Below, piece after piece: positions 11,637 through 22,079 of a DNA stretch of 64,000 bases (within the stretch, counting starts at the first letter, position 1; each line of letters opens with the position of its first letter). The position numbers and the translations under genes are program-made. The stretch comes from Rhizophagus irregularis. Lineage: Eukaryota. Location of the stretch: the NCBI RefSeq assembly GCF_026210795.1, contig NC_089433.1, positions 1 to 64,000 of the forward strand. The letters are read 5' to 3'. The notes under the pieces were generated by a model. That model saw nothing but the letters and a program-made list of their open reading frames with translations. It made no database searches and was not told where the DNA came from.

Positions 11637-12333
11637 ATAGTACTACTGCTACATGTATTTTGTGCAACTCTTGATAATAAAGGGTCCTTTTAGGACTGGC
11701 TACGGCCATTTTTGATTTTTTATTTGTAAAGTAGTGTGACACTAATGTCACGGCTCTCAGAGCAAAAATCATAAAGTTTCTGGTTTTCATTTCAGCATAT
11801 AAATTGTCATAACCCATAACTCTGTTCCAAAACTTTGCCAGATTTCATTGGTTTAGCTGTGACATTAATGTCACACTTCTCCCCAATAAGATTTCGAATA
11901 AGAATCCATATGACTAAATTAGCCGATCATCTCGAACATGTGCATTTTATTCGTAATCATTTTTCAGGCTATCCGGCTAAAGAAAAAATCTGAAATCTGA
12001 TTACGGCCAACCATCTCGTGATTTATCGAAACCCTAGAACTATTGAGGGAACTGGTAGAGATGTCATGTGATACGATATACAGTACATCATGCCACAAAC
12101 TGATTTAGCCGAAGACGCATGTAAATATAAGATTAGCTTAGCCCGAAAGATGAATTTGAGTTTAGTCTCTCTAAATTGGCTACAAATCGATAAAACCGCT
12201 ATAAATCATTAAAACTGCTTAACCGGCAAATTTGAAACATGTTATCCATTAGTATAAGATACTAAAAAGTTGCTAAAAACGCTATAAATCAATAAATTGC
12301 TATAAATCGTTATAATTCGTTCGAACAAGAAAT

Positions 12334-13375
12334 ATGTCCAGATTATCTTCTAATATTATTTTAGATGAGTGGTTTAATAAGATTGTGCCTAAACCTATTA
12401 ATAATCGTCCTGGATATGATATGAAATATGTTAGCGCATATATTGTAAAATACTGTTGTAGTACTGACCTCAAAAAAATAATCGGAATAGAGTGGGAGTA
12501 TGATACATTATCAGTTGTGAAACCAGGTCAGTCTCTAATTGCATGGGCCGTAAGTGTCAGAATTCGATTACAAGAATTATTAGCCAATCAGAGATTTAGT
12601 GTATATCACCTACATTGCTTGTTTGCAGGACAATGGTAAGATGGTTGATTCTGACTATCATCGGCCCAGAATCAATAAGAGTAATATGGCTATTTGTTTT
12701 GATTGCTGGAAATTGGTAAAGATTACCGATATAAAACCAAAAAAAACATATTTCAGTGGATGGTGCAGATATGGATATGAGATTAAATCCGAGGACTTGA
12801 TGAAATACCATTGGGATAATGAATGCTCCAAAGCTAAAACCCCAGATGGAAGTGCTCGGATTATCCAAAGAGCTTATAGGAACTATAAAAAGCAACCTGA
12901 AACTTTTGCAAAACGAGTTTGGGAGGCGGTTAGAAATGATAATACTCTTAAGGAAAAGAAGTTTCTTAATATGCCTAGTAGAGGAATTCGTTGCACTGTA
13001 AACTTGGATATATGGTATTCTATTGCTGGATTGTATAGACCTTATCATGTTCCGCAAGATCAACTTTATGATTATATAAGCTATTCAAAGCATAAGAGGC
13101 GCCAATTATCTGATAGATTGGCCATAGCAAGAAATAAAATACAATGCAACTATATCACGCCTAGTGCTCCAAATTTTGAGCCAGCTTATATTTCACCTGC
13201 CAAGCAAGAAATGATTCCACTAACTTCTTATCAGTTATCGAATTGCAAAAGTGATACAGGCGAAATTTTTATCTCATCTTGGTATGTAAAACAAAATAAC
13301 TTACTACCATCTATAAACCATTTTAATCAGCCCATATTAAGATTGAAAGATGGAACAAAAATCATGATTGTTTAA
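12334..13375 (+). CDS. Hypothetical protein(s) with Cys/His motif and IQ-like motif (two overlapping ORFs, possibly one frameshifted gene)
   Basis: CFDC...HWDNEC and SARIIQRAYRNYK (IQ calmodulin-binding-like). Confidence 0.5.
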
Positions 13376-13672
13376 CTGGCTTAACTGACTGATTCTGGGA
13401 AATATCTTAATTATAGACTATTGCTATTAACTGAAAATTAATATTATTTAGCCAAAGGTGCAATGTATAACTTATTCTTTATTTTTTACGCTAAATAATC
13501 TGTATACATGATCGCCTAGTAAAATTGGTCAAAGGCGCTATACATGAAAATGTATCACCTGCCAAATTTTTCAGATTAGTCCTTAACCCAGATCCCGGTT
13601 AAGATTATGCGCTTTCTGAGGATCAATATAAATCAAAGGTTCTCCCATTCTCTTTTATAATCACAAAAAAGA

Positions 13673-16128
13673 ATGGCATTTCGGAGGTCCCATCCAAGGC
13701 AGAGAAGAACATGTGAAGAATATAAAGCTGAACTGGAGGAGGAGAACTACCATCTTTGTAGTGAATTGCAAGCAGAAGTTGATAGTAACTGCCAAAATGA
13801 AAAGCAGATCAGGGAGCTGGTACGTGAATGTGTCCGTTGTGAACAAGAAATCCAAACTCTTAATGGTGAGATAGAACGTCTTGAGAATGCTTCGAAAGAG
13901 GAGATAGTAGAGCTAAAATCCGAAATTTCCAGCCTAAAAAAGCAACTATATCAAGCTAAGAAGGATATTCGTGATAATGAAAAACATATTTCTAGTATAG
14001 AGAGTCTGTTAGTAGATTCTGAGGAGCAGGTAGAGAAATTGCGATGCCGGATCAGAACCATCTCATCACGAAAAAATTCGCCAGAACGAGGAAATTCTCC
14101 AGACTTGTATAATCCTAATATTAACTTAGAAATGGCTACCATCACGGAGCTAGCAAATGCTATAGATGGTTATCTGAATAATACAACAATAGGTAGAGAA
14201 ATCTTAGCTGATCAAATAAAAAGGGCGACAAGGCAGATTCGCTGAAAAGAGAATAATTGGCATCAGGATTTAGTCCGTGAGCAACGAAGGCGATATGATG
14301 CAGAGGCTGAGCGTGATAATGAAATTATACGAAGGCAAAATGCTGAAGGAGTGGAACAAATGGTTATTGCTGACCTTTATCAGTTGCGGATCAATGCTCA
14401 AAATCAAGTAAATAGAATGTTAGACAATATAACAGGAAAGCGAACCCGTATTGGTATATTGCTACAGGAAAAATTTGCCTTACAATTGCTGTATCAGCGA
14501 AATGCCCATCACTTACAGCGCAGTAGAAAGGATATAGGTCTGTTAGAATTTAATCGTGACAGGCTCTATGAGTGATATGAGAAATGGAAAAATAAGACCC
14601 AAGCAGAGCGACAGAATAATTTAAATTTGCAAGGACAAATTTTGGCGCTTCAGAATAATCCACCTAATCAAGTAAACATGGCAGGAATACCTCATCCATA
14701 TTTTGACTGGGATGATAGTATCCCAGACTTTCTTGCGCAACTTAGACTAGACTTGCAAAATCGGGGAATAGATCCAGCAGGTGCAGGGGGCAATGGAAGA
14801 GCTCAGGCACTAGGACATTTAAGAGCATGTATGAGAGGAAGAACGCCTTAGAATGGTTTGATGAAGAGATTACTACAAAGACAAATTGGGAATTAACTAA
14901 TCTGACTGATGGTACAGGACAAGCCAATTTGGTAGCTGTAAACGGGCGTACAGCTATTCAGATCGGTGCTGATGGATTAAATGAGGCACTCTGACAACCT
15001 GGAAATGCAATAGTAAAATTAAGAGCTGTAGAAGGTCCATGGGACGAGGACTGGCGCATAGCAGGAGGTCGTCCTACTAATCTTCCTGTTAATTTACCGA
15101 ATGCTGGTAATGGAACTACAGTAGTTGTAGCTGGTATTCGATTTGGTCAAGCCGTATGGTGGCTAAAAACTCATTTTCCTACAGTAGAAGAGGAACTTCG
15201 GGATTTGATGTATGGAACAATCAGAAGGGAGACATGACTATAGATGAATTATATAGAAAAATATTACGAATAGGTAGACGAGCCAACTATAGACCTGAAG
15301 AATTACGTAGAAAGTTCTTAGATGCTTTACCACTTTTATGGCTTGAAAAAGCTGAAGATATTGGTGAACATTTGCCATTAGATGAATTAGCTAAAAAGCT
15401 TTATGAGATAGAATTACGCCGAATAGCTAGACATAAAAGAGATAGAATATCTGATCCACTAGTATCTAATCGAACATCTCGGCAAATATATGAACCTTCA
15501 CCTGTTTCAGCCTCACAACAGCATGGAATATCTTTAGAAGATATGCAAAAAGCAATCCAGAATGCATTAGCACAGCAAAAAACTGAATACCAGTCTTTAT
15601 TAGAAAAACAAAAAGCCGATTTCCAATCACAAATGGCCCAGCAAACTAAAAAGATACCTCCACCAGTTCCTCCTAAAAATATGGAACAGCTTCGATACAT
15701 ATGAAAGTGCTAATCCTTTCCCCGATACACTTACTAGGGAAGAAATAATGAGAGTGGTCGCAAAAGCTTATGGGCCACCTCCCCTCCACCGCAAAAAGCC
15801 AGAAAAGTTGCAATCATCTAGAATCGATAGATTAGAGTCAAAAATAGATGAAATTGGTCAAATGACATCTAAGTTTGGTAGGATATCACTTAATGATCAA
15901 TCTCGAAAGCCTTTTTATTGCAGTAATTGCGGACAGGAAGGGCATAAGAAAAACAATTGCCCAAGGTTAAATCCTGTAGCTAAATCCAATTTTACTCAAT
16001 GTTACTATCCTCAACTTCCATCTACACAGCCCCAATATACGCCTCCAGATTCAGATAATGAGGAAGATGGTTATGACAAAGTAGAAAATAGGTGGTATTA
16101 TGCACCGGAAAAAAAAACAGGTAAATGA
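13673..16128 (+). pseudogene. gag: Gag-like polyprotein: long N-terminal coiled coil, retrotransposon capsid, CCHC zinc knuckle
   Basis: Joined across stops (14243, 14573, ~14992) and frameshifts: PYFDWDDSIPDFLAQL...LRACMRGR..LEWF...WLKTHFP...Q(K)GDMTIDELYRKI...RRKFLDAL (major homology region-like), then CSNCGQEGHKKNNC. Confidence 0.8.
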
Positions 16129-16783
16129 TAAGTTGGCCAGTGATACTAATGCAATCTCACCCCTAGAATCTAGCCAACCTGAAACGTACGATCAGCTATT
16201 GTCTAAGCTCTCACCACTGATACGAAAAATGTGCTTGTCTCGAAAGGCTCGGGAGGAGGAATCGAAAGAATCAGATGAGTGGTTGTCATCTTTACAATAT
16301 CTGAATGCTAATATAAATGACTTAACTATTTCTGAATCTTTTTTAGATCCCGGCAGTGAGTTCGGTGGTATAAATGACCCAGCAATTAAGGTGCTTGGAT
16401 GGAAGGCTGATAAACCATCTAATTTTGCCATAAAGGGCAATTCTAAGCATATCACCGATTCATTAGGATGGTATACAGACGTGCCAGTTACTTTGAAGGA
16501 TAAAGAAGATAAGACGGTCACCATTATTGGAAATTTTGTTCGTATTGATAATGGTGAAACAGAACCAATGCTATTTTTTGGTATGTCAAACATTCGGAAG
16601 GTTCAAGGCGTCCCCGAGCCGAATAAAAATCAGTTTCGCATAAAGTTACATGGAAAGGCATATATTATCCCAACCTTTAGCAAGGCTCCGGTAGTCAAGG
16701 ATCTGCCAAAAAAAGATCAGGACCAAGTATCTACCGATTCTTCTAGTCTAACTGGTGAGAAGAACTTAAAAAAAAATGCATAA
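16100..16783 (+). CDS. Retropepsin-like aspartic protease
   Basis: SFLDPGSEFGGIN active-site-like motif, flap-like IKGNS...SLG, and MLFFGMSNI (ILG-like). Overlaps the end of gag at an A9C run. Confidence 0.7.
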   Translation: MHRKKKQVNDKLASDTNAISPLESSQPETYDQLLSKLSPLIRKMCLSRKAREEESKESDEWLSSLQYLNANINDLTISESFLDPGSEFGGINDPAIKVLGWKADKPSNFAIKGNSKHITDSLGWYTDVPVTLKDKEDKTVTIIGNFVRIDNGETEPMLFFGMSNIRKVQGVPEPNKNQFRIKLHGKAYIIPTFSKAPVVKDLPKKDQDQVSTDSSSLTGEKNLKKNA

Positions 16784-16917
16784 ATTGTATGAGTTATGAA
16801 GATATGGCAATTCGTATGAAAGAGCTCGAAAAGGCATTATTTTCTAGCATTCAATCGAATTTGGAAATCATAGAATACTATAATAGTTCGCGCAGTCAGA
16901 TTGAATAGGACGAATAA

Positions 16918-17388
16918 TTATTTGGAAATAAGAGGACGACCTGATGCTTTAATTTTTTCTAAAGTATTATCAGTTCTCTTATACAAATCCAAGACATCTT
17001 CAGAGGAGTCAGTAGGCGAAATAATTTCTTTTTTTGTTCCAGGTATTGATTGACCCCCTTGGGATCGTTTCTTTCCTCCAGTCTTTTTTGCCTTACTACC
17101 TGCACTTTCTTCTGAAACCGGATCAGTAGATTTGCTAATTTCAGCATCGTGTATCTTGTTTTCCAGTGCTGTAAAGGCAGTATTAAATTTATTTTGAAAA
17201 TCTCTTTCAGCTTGGTGCTCTTCATTCTGTTTATTTATAACATTCATACTTGATGTGACTGCTAAATCATTCCATTGAATCCTATTAAACTCTTGTCCTC
17301 TCCAAATTTGATATAAGCGACTATTCGATATATTATATTTTTTACTTAGCTGAGCTAAAGGTTTAGACTTCATATCACGATATTGCAT
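16918..17388 (-). CDS. Helix-turn-helix DNA-binding protein
   Basis: PLAQLSKKYNISNSRLYQIWRG is a classic HTH pattern. Confidence 0.6.
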   Translation of the reverse strand: MQYRDMKSKPLAQLSKKYNISNSRLYQIWRGQEFNRIQWNDLAVTSSMNVINKQNEEHQAERDFQNKFNTAFTALENKIHDAEISKSTDPVSEESAGSKAKKTGGKKRSQGGQSIPGTKKEIISPTDSSEDVLDLYKRTDNTLEKIKASGRPLISK

Positions 17389-17524
17389 GATATCTTTGTA
17401 ATGCAGCGGAGGATAAGTATCTAGCCCTGGAACTAATATGTGTTTTAAGCGGGGGTGTAATCATATTAGTAACTAATCTCTAAAGATTTTTTTTTCACTA
17501 TAAATAAAAAATCCACAAAAAATA

Positions 17525-17730
17525 TTGATACTATGGTAATATCAGTAATACAATAGTATCAGTACTATGCTAATATCGGTAGTATTGATAATATTAGTAT
17601 CAGTTATATGGTAGTATCAGTACTATGCTAGTGTCGATAATATAGTAGTATCGATAGTATCGGTAGTATTAGTATCAGTTATATGGTAGTATCAGTACTA
17701 TGCTAATATTGGTAATATGCTAGTATCCAT
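17525..17730. repeat. Degenerate short tandem repeats (TAGTATCAGT/TAGTATCGGT units) between divergent genes
   Basis: Repeated agtatcag/agtatcgg/tactatgcta motifs. Confidence 0.75.
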
Positions 17731-17852
17731 AAAAAATAAAGTGCTTACTGCGCAGTCTCAAAATTTTGCTCATATTTTTTTAGTATACTAATGATTAAGC
17801 CGAAAAAATATGCCCAACTGTACATACTTTAAGAGATATCGAAAATAGAGGG

Positions 17853-18910
17853 GTGGTTGAGGGTCCACTAAGTAAACACACCTCCTCAGGTAATCGGCTT
17901 GGTAGCATCCGCGAATCAGAACTTGAGAAAGCATTGCGCGGTAACATCAAAACTGCTTCTGATATTGCTAATGATTATAAAGACCTGCAGGACATATATT
18001 TAGAGCGAGTGAAGGATTTTAATCGTATCTGTTCGGGCTTTAACAATAAGTTTAGTCGGCTGAATACAGCTAATACTGAGCTCAAAGCCAAATATTCTGC
18101 TGAAATCAAATCGCTCAAATCCAATATTAAAATACTAGAGAGAGCAGCAACTTTGGCCCAGAAAACTTCGTCCGCCTGACAAGGTCCAGATTCTTTCTCT
18201 TGAAGTTAAAATACGTGAATTGGAAGGTAAGTTGGAGGACATAGATCTAGAGCGTACATATTATGATTTGGATGTAATGGGAGGAGTGATAGAAAAGCCG
18301 GTAGAAATGCCAAAGTTACCAGATTGGCTTCATGATAATTTAAGAAGTATTGTCTGTAAGTTCGGGCTCAAAGATAAAGTAATGGAACTTGATAAAAAAC
18401 TTGCTAAGGAAGATATATTGGAGGTGTTGCAAAAAGTAATATTAGAAAAAGACCACCACCTTCAAGATGCCAATGCTCGCCTAGAAAAGGCATTATCAGA
18501 GAAAGATTCCCTCCTTCATGAGGCCAATACTCATATAAAAAAACACTTAGCCAGTTTTGAAAAAAAAACCAGTCCCGATTCTTTTGAGACTCTGCAGGTA
18601 ATCAAAGTAACTGATATCTCCAATACTACTTTAGCATTACCCCACTTGCACTCTATTACTGGACCAGAAGCAGGTGAAACTAATTCCTTCTTTTTCAGTA
18701 TGCAATCATCTTCGTAATAGTATTACTAATCATATGCATTTTATGGTGTGTATTCTCTCGTAGAAATTCTTCTTACAATGAAGAAAAAAATATTTCGAAC
18801 TATAAAATACCCTTAAATAGAAATCAGAGTTATGCTTTCCCAATCCGATATACAGAAGAACCAAAAGACAGGACTGCCTCCTATGAAACTTCGTCTTTTG
18901 GATATGGATG
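17853..18910 (+). pseudogene. Coiled-coil protein with predicted C-terminal transmembrane helix
   Basis: ORFs 17853 and 18220 are coiled-coil rich. The -1 frame from 18696 reads QYAIIFVIVLLIICILWCVFSRRN. Confidence 0.5.
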
Positions 18911-19681
18911 AGGTCACTAAACATGAATCATCCCGAAATATTGGACATCCAGCAATGACATGGCCTTTCAGCATGTTGGTCATGGGGTAGAAGTGGTTCA
19001 GGTAAGACTAATTTACTTGCGAATCTTTTCTTCGGTAATAAGGATGAATATGTGCAAAGAGGGAAGAAAGGTGGGTCTCGCTACATCAAATGTGATGATC
19101 TAATTGTTTGTGGGTATCATCCTGATGAACCAAAGTGGGCATATGTGAGATACATATATAATATGATTTCGAAAGACCCAAGAGCACCTTACTATGAGAA
19201 TATTAGTTTCAGTTATATTCCACCCGAAAGAATTCCTAGTACAAGAACATTCTCACCCGAAAGAAGTAAATTATTTATTTTTGAGGATCTGTGCCTCGCT
19301 CCAGATCATATACAAAATCGTATTGGTCAGTTTTTTGGGAATGGGCGTCACCGAAATATTTCATGTATATATATTACGCAAAAGTATCATAAAGTCGATA
19401 CATTCAAACGTGAAAACTCGACTCATTTAGTATTATTTAACTCTGGTAGCAGTATCCAAGACGTGTCTAAGATTGTTGGACGATATATTGATGATGTAAA
19501 GGGTGCATCTATGGTTATTAATAGTTACCTTCGAAAAGGCGAGTTTGTTGTATTTGATCTCACTAGGCCAGAAGATGATCCTCTTGCAATCCGCCTAAGG
19601 TTTGACACTCCACTGAACTTACAAAAGGAGATAGAGGCTAGGCAGAAGCGCAAGAAAAAGAGTGCCTCAGCTAATGAGTAG
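18832..19681 (+). pseudogene. A32/FtsK-HerA-like DNA packaging ATPase (one frameshift just before Walker A)
   Basis: WPFSMLV.GRSGSGKTNLLANL (Walker A), KLFIFEDL (Walker B), and GRHRNISCIYITQKY...KREN (A32-family arginine/glutamine motifs). Extra base in ATGGGGTAGA near 18981. Confidence 0.88.
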
Positions 19682-19731
19682 AATCTAACTTCATAGATAC
19701 TAACTTTTTTTCGTAATTATAAAAAATTGGA

Positions 19732-20862
19732 ATGGGGGAACCAGTTATTTATATCGATCCTCAAAAAGCTCATGATTTAGACCAGCATCTTGCTTTGCAA
19801 AAAATATATTATCGTCCTGAAGGTCTTTATCAAAATGTTAAGGGATTATGGGATGCTTGTAAAAAAGCCGGCTACAGCTTTCCATTTATTGATATAAAAA
19901 AATGGCTTGAGGGCCAAGCAATGTATCAAATTTTTCGTCCTTCGCCAAAGCATATACCTTATGCCAGTTACTCTAAAATCACAAAGCCAAATACTGTGCA
20001 CCAATGTGATTTAATCGAAATACCATATGATGAAGATGTGGATACAAATTTACTAGATGATGGTCCAATATATTACTATGTACTATTGGTTATAGACTGC
20101 GCGACTAGATATAAAGATTTCATTTTTTTAACATCAAAGAGCAGTGAGGAAGTTGCGGAAGCATTTAAGAGTATATATAATAATCCCGATAAGCCTCTCA
20201 ACTGGCCTCGAAAATTGCAATGTGATAAGGGCACTGAGTTTATGGGATACGTAACTTTATTAATGGATGAACATGGCGTTGAGATCCGAAGAATTATAGC
20301 ACGTTTCAGGCATACAAGCTTGGCTATGGTCGACCGTTATGCTGGATTATTCGAATTAAGAGTTTTTAAAAATCAGTATTCAATAGAGTTTCTCCTGCCT
20401 ACTGGTAAGCGCTGTAGAGAATGTGAGCGGTTTGCAAGAAAAATTGTTGATAATATGAATGATAGCCCAACTCGATTGATTGGGATGAGTCCTAATGACG
20501 CCACAAAACTTGAGCAGATATATTCCAAACCATCAGTAAAATATAATCGCCCAATAGGTGTTGATGAACCACAACTACCAAAGGGTACTACTATCCAATT
20601 TTTGCTCGCTCCTGGAGAGTGGGAAAACGATCCTTTCGAACGACGCAGAATAACAGATCCGATATGGTCTCCCAGCCTGCATAAGATTCGGAAAATTGTT
20701 GTTGGAAAGAATCCTCCAATGCCTATTTTATATTATTTAGATGAATCAGGACCCCAACGCCCTTTCGTGAGAGAACAATTGATGCATATTAAGGAAGAGC
20801 CCATGTTACCTCCTAGGTGGATATTGGGAGATAACCGAATGCGTACAAGGCGCTCCTTATAA
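19732..20862 (+). CDS. Polinton/Maverick-type retroviral-like (rve) integrase
   Basis: LQKIYYRPEG...IKKWL..QAMYQI, HQCDL, LLVIDCATRY, LQCDKGTEF, AMVDRY, and C-terminal RRITDPIWS...LYYL...PFVREQL. Intact 376-aa ORF. Confidence 0.9.
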   Translation: MGEPVIYIDPQKAHDLDQHLALQKIYYRPEGLYQNVKGLWDACKKAGYSFPFIDIKKWLEGQAMYQIFRPSPKHIPYASYSKITKPNTVHQCDLIEIPYDEDVDTNLLDDGPIYYYVLLVIDCATRYKDFIFLTSKSSEEVAEAFKSIYNNPDKPLNWPRKLQCDKGTEFMGYVTLLMDEHGVEIRRIIARFRHTSLAMVDRYAGLFELRVFKNQYSIEFLLPTGKRCRECERFARKIVDNMNDSPTRLIGMSPNDATKLEQIYSKPSVKYNRPIGVDEPQLPKGTTIQFLLAPGEWENDPFERRRITDPIWSPSLHKIRKIVVGKNPPMPILYYLDESGPQRPFVREQLMHIKEEPMLPPRWILGDNRMRTRRSL

Positions 20863-21328
20863 AAGTTTCTAAGTCTACTACACAGTAAGGGATTGTAATA
20901 AGGATTACTCCTTCCCGATAGCATAACGCTTTCTTTTTCCAATCACGCCAGATTTGTGCGTCTAGATTCATCTGACCTTGTGGGTGAAAAAAAGGGACGA
21001 TTTGGTAATGTTGATTGCCACTATATTCAAAGGCCAAGCCTAACTCTTCATTGTATCCATCTAGATGTAATCCCTCCAAGAATTTAGGCTTTCGGGGTGG
21101 AAATTTTTTATGTAATAAATCCTCAAATATATACCGGCACGTTCTTTCTGGTATATTAGGACAAATATTGCACCATCTATAATTCTGTTTCATATTTTTA
21201 TATGGCGCCTCCCATTGATGGCCTTTTTTACATGCCCATAAATATGTATTAGAACTAACTTTAGCTAAGCATCTTCCTTCACGCTTTTGGGCATATGCCA
21301 AAGCTTTAGTGTTAATATCATCTTGCAT
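20813..21328 (-). CDS. Zinc-ribbon + Vsr/PD-(D/E)XK-type endonuclease
   Basis: WACKKGHQW...WCNIC zinc ribbon, LHLDGYNEELGLAFEYSGNQHY, and RDWKKKALC..EGVILITIPY. Confidence 0.8.
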   Translation of the reverse strand: MQDDINTKALAYAQKREGRCLAKVSSNTYLWACKKGHQWEAPYKNMKQNYRWCNICPNIPERTCRYIFEDLLHKKFPPRKPKFLEGLHLDGYNEELGLAFEYSGNQHYQIVPFFHPQGQMNLDAQIWRDWKKKALCYREGVILITIPYCVVDLETFIRSALYAFGYLPIST

Positions 21329-21690
21329 TTTATAGGTACAATAGAATATCACATACAGAAATTTGCGGTAGTGATCATTAGCTCTAGACTAGTTTGGTCA
21401 GAAGAATCGATCTGGATATATGCAAATCCAGGTGCAAGTTTGAAAGTAAAATTAAACTTGGCTACTACTATTGCATAAGTAAAAAAATAAATATCGCCAA
21501 TATTCTTAGCAGGAAGTGGCAATTTCGGCTAAGAGTACTTGACAATATAGCTCAACAATCTTGTCTATATATTCGCTCTTTTTATGTATTATTGATATTA
21601 TCAAGTAGATCGATATCTTTTAACAATTTTTTCGTTTGTTTATAAAGATTTTGCCATTGTACATGAAATTTGTTTCGTAAGACAGAAGAC

Positions 21691-22050
21691 TTAATAAGAC
21701 AGGGGAAGAATACTTGTAAGATTATTTATATGGGATTTGATTACTGCATGAACATTTGCAATTTCTTCTCCTGCTGTAATCCAATCATAACGCGGAGTAT
21801 AGAGAACTGTATAAATATGGGTTATTTCTTGTTCACTACAGTCTAGCCGATATTTGATAAAATCAAGATCTTCACGAAATTCCCTTTCTTTTTGCTTTAA
21901 AATAACTCGAAATGCTTCAGAATTCCATTGATGATTCACAATAAGACAGGAATATAGTATATCCTTAATCTTGAGATTACTAAAAATTAATTCAAGCAGT
22001 TCAGAACAAATAAATGGGCTAGGCCCAGCATTTTTTTGCGCAAGAAGCAT
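21691..22050 (-). CDS. F-box protein
   Basis: ICSELLELIFSNLKIKDILYSCLIVNHQWNSEA. Confidence 0.7.
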   Translation of the reverse strand: MLLAQKNAGPSPFICSELLELIFSNLKIKDILYSCLIVNHQWNSEAFRVILKQKEREFREDLDFIKYRLDCSEQEITHIYTVLYTPRYDWITAGEEIANVHAVIKSHINNLTSILPLSY

Positions 22051-22079
22051 GGTGTATATGCAAGAAAGCAGTATAAAAT

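Noticed and set aside
1371..16593. Antisense ORFs (e.g. 1371-1649, 5757-6128, 10946-11320, 12596-13063, 16192-16593)
   Set aside because: They are shadows of better-supported sense-strand genes.
13673..16783. Gag-PR as an ordinary LTR retrotransposon using the 19732 integrase as its IN
   Set aside because: No RT/RNase H, LTR or PBS was found. The integrase is a separate Polinton-type ORF lacking the HHCC domain and lies behind a packaging ATPase. An old independent insertion cannot be fully excluded.
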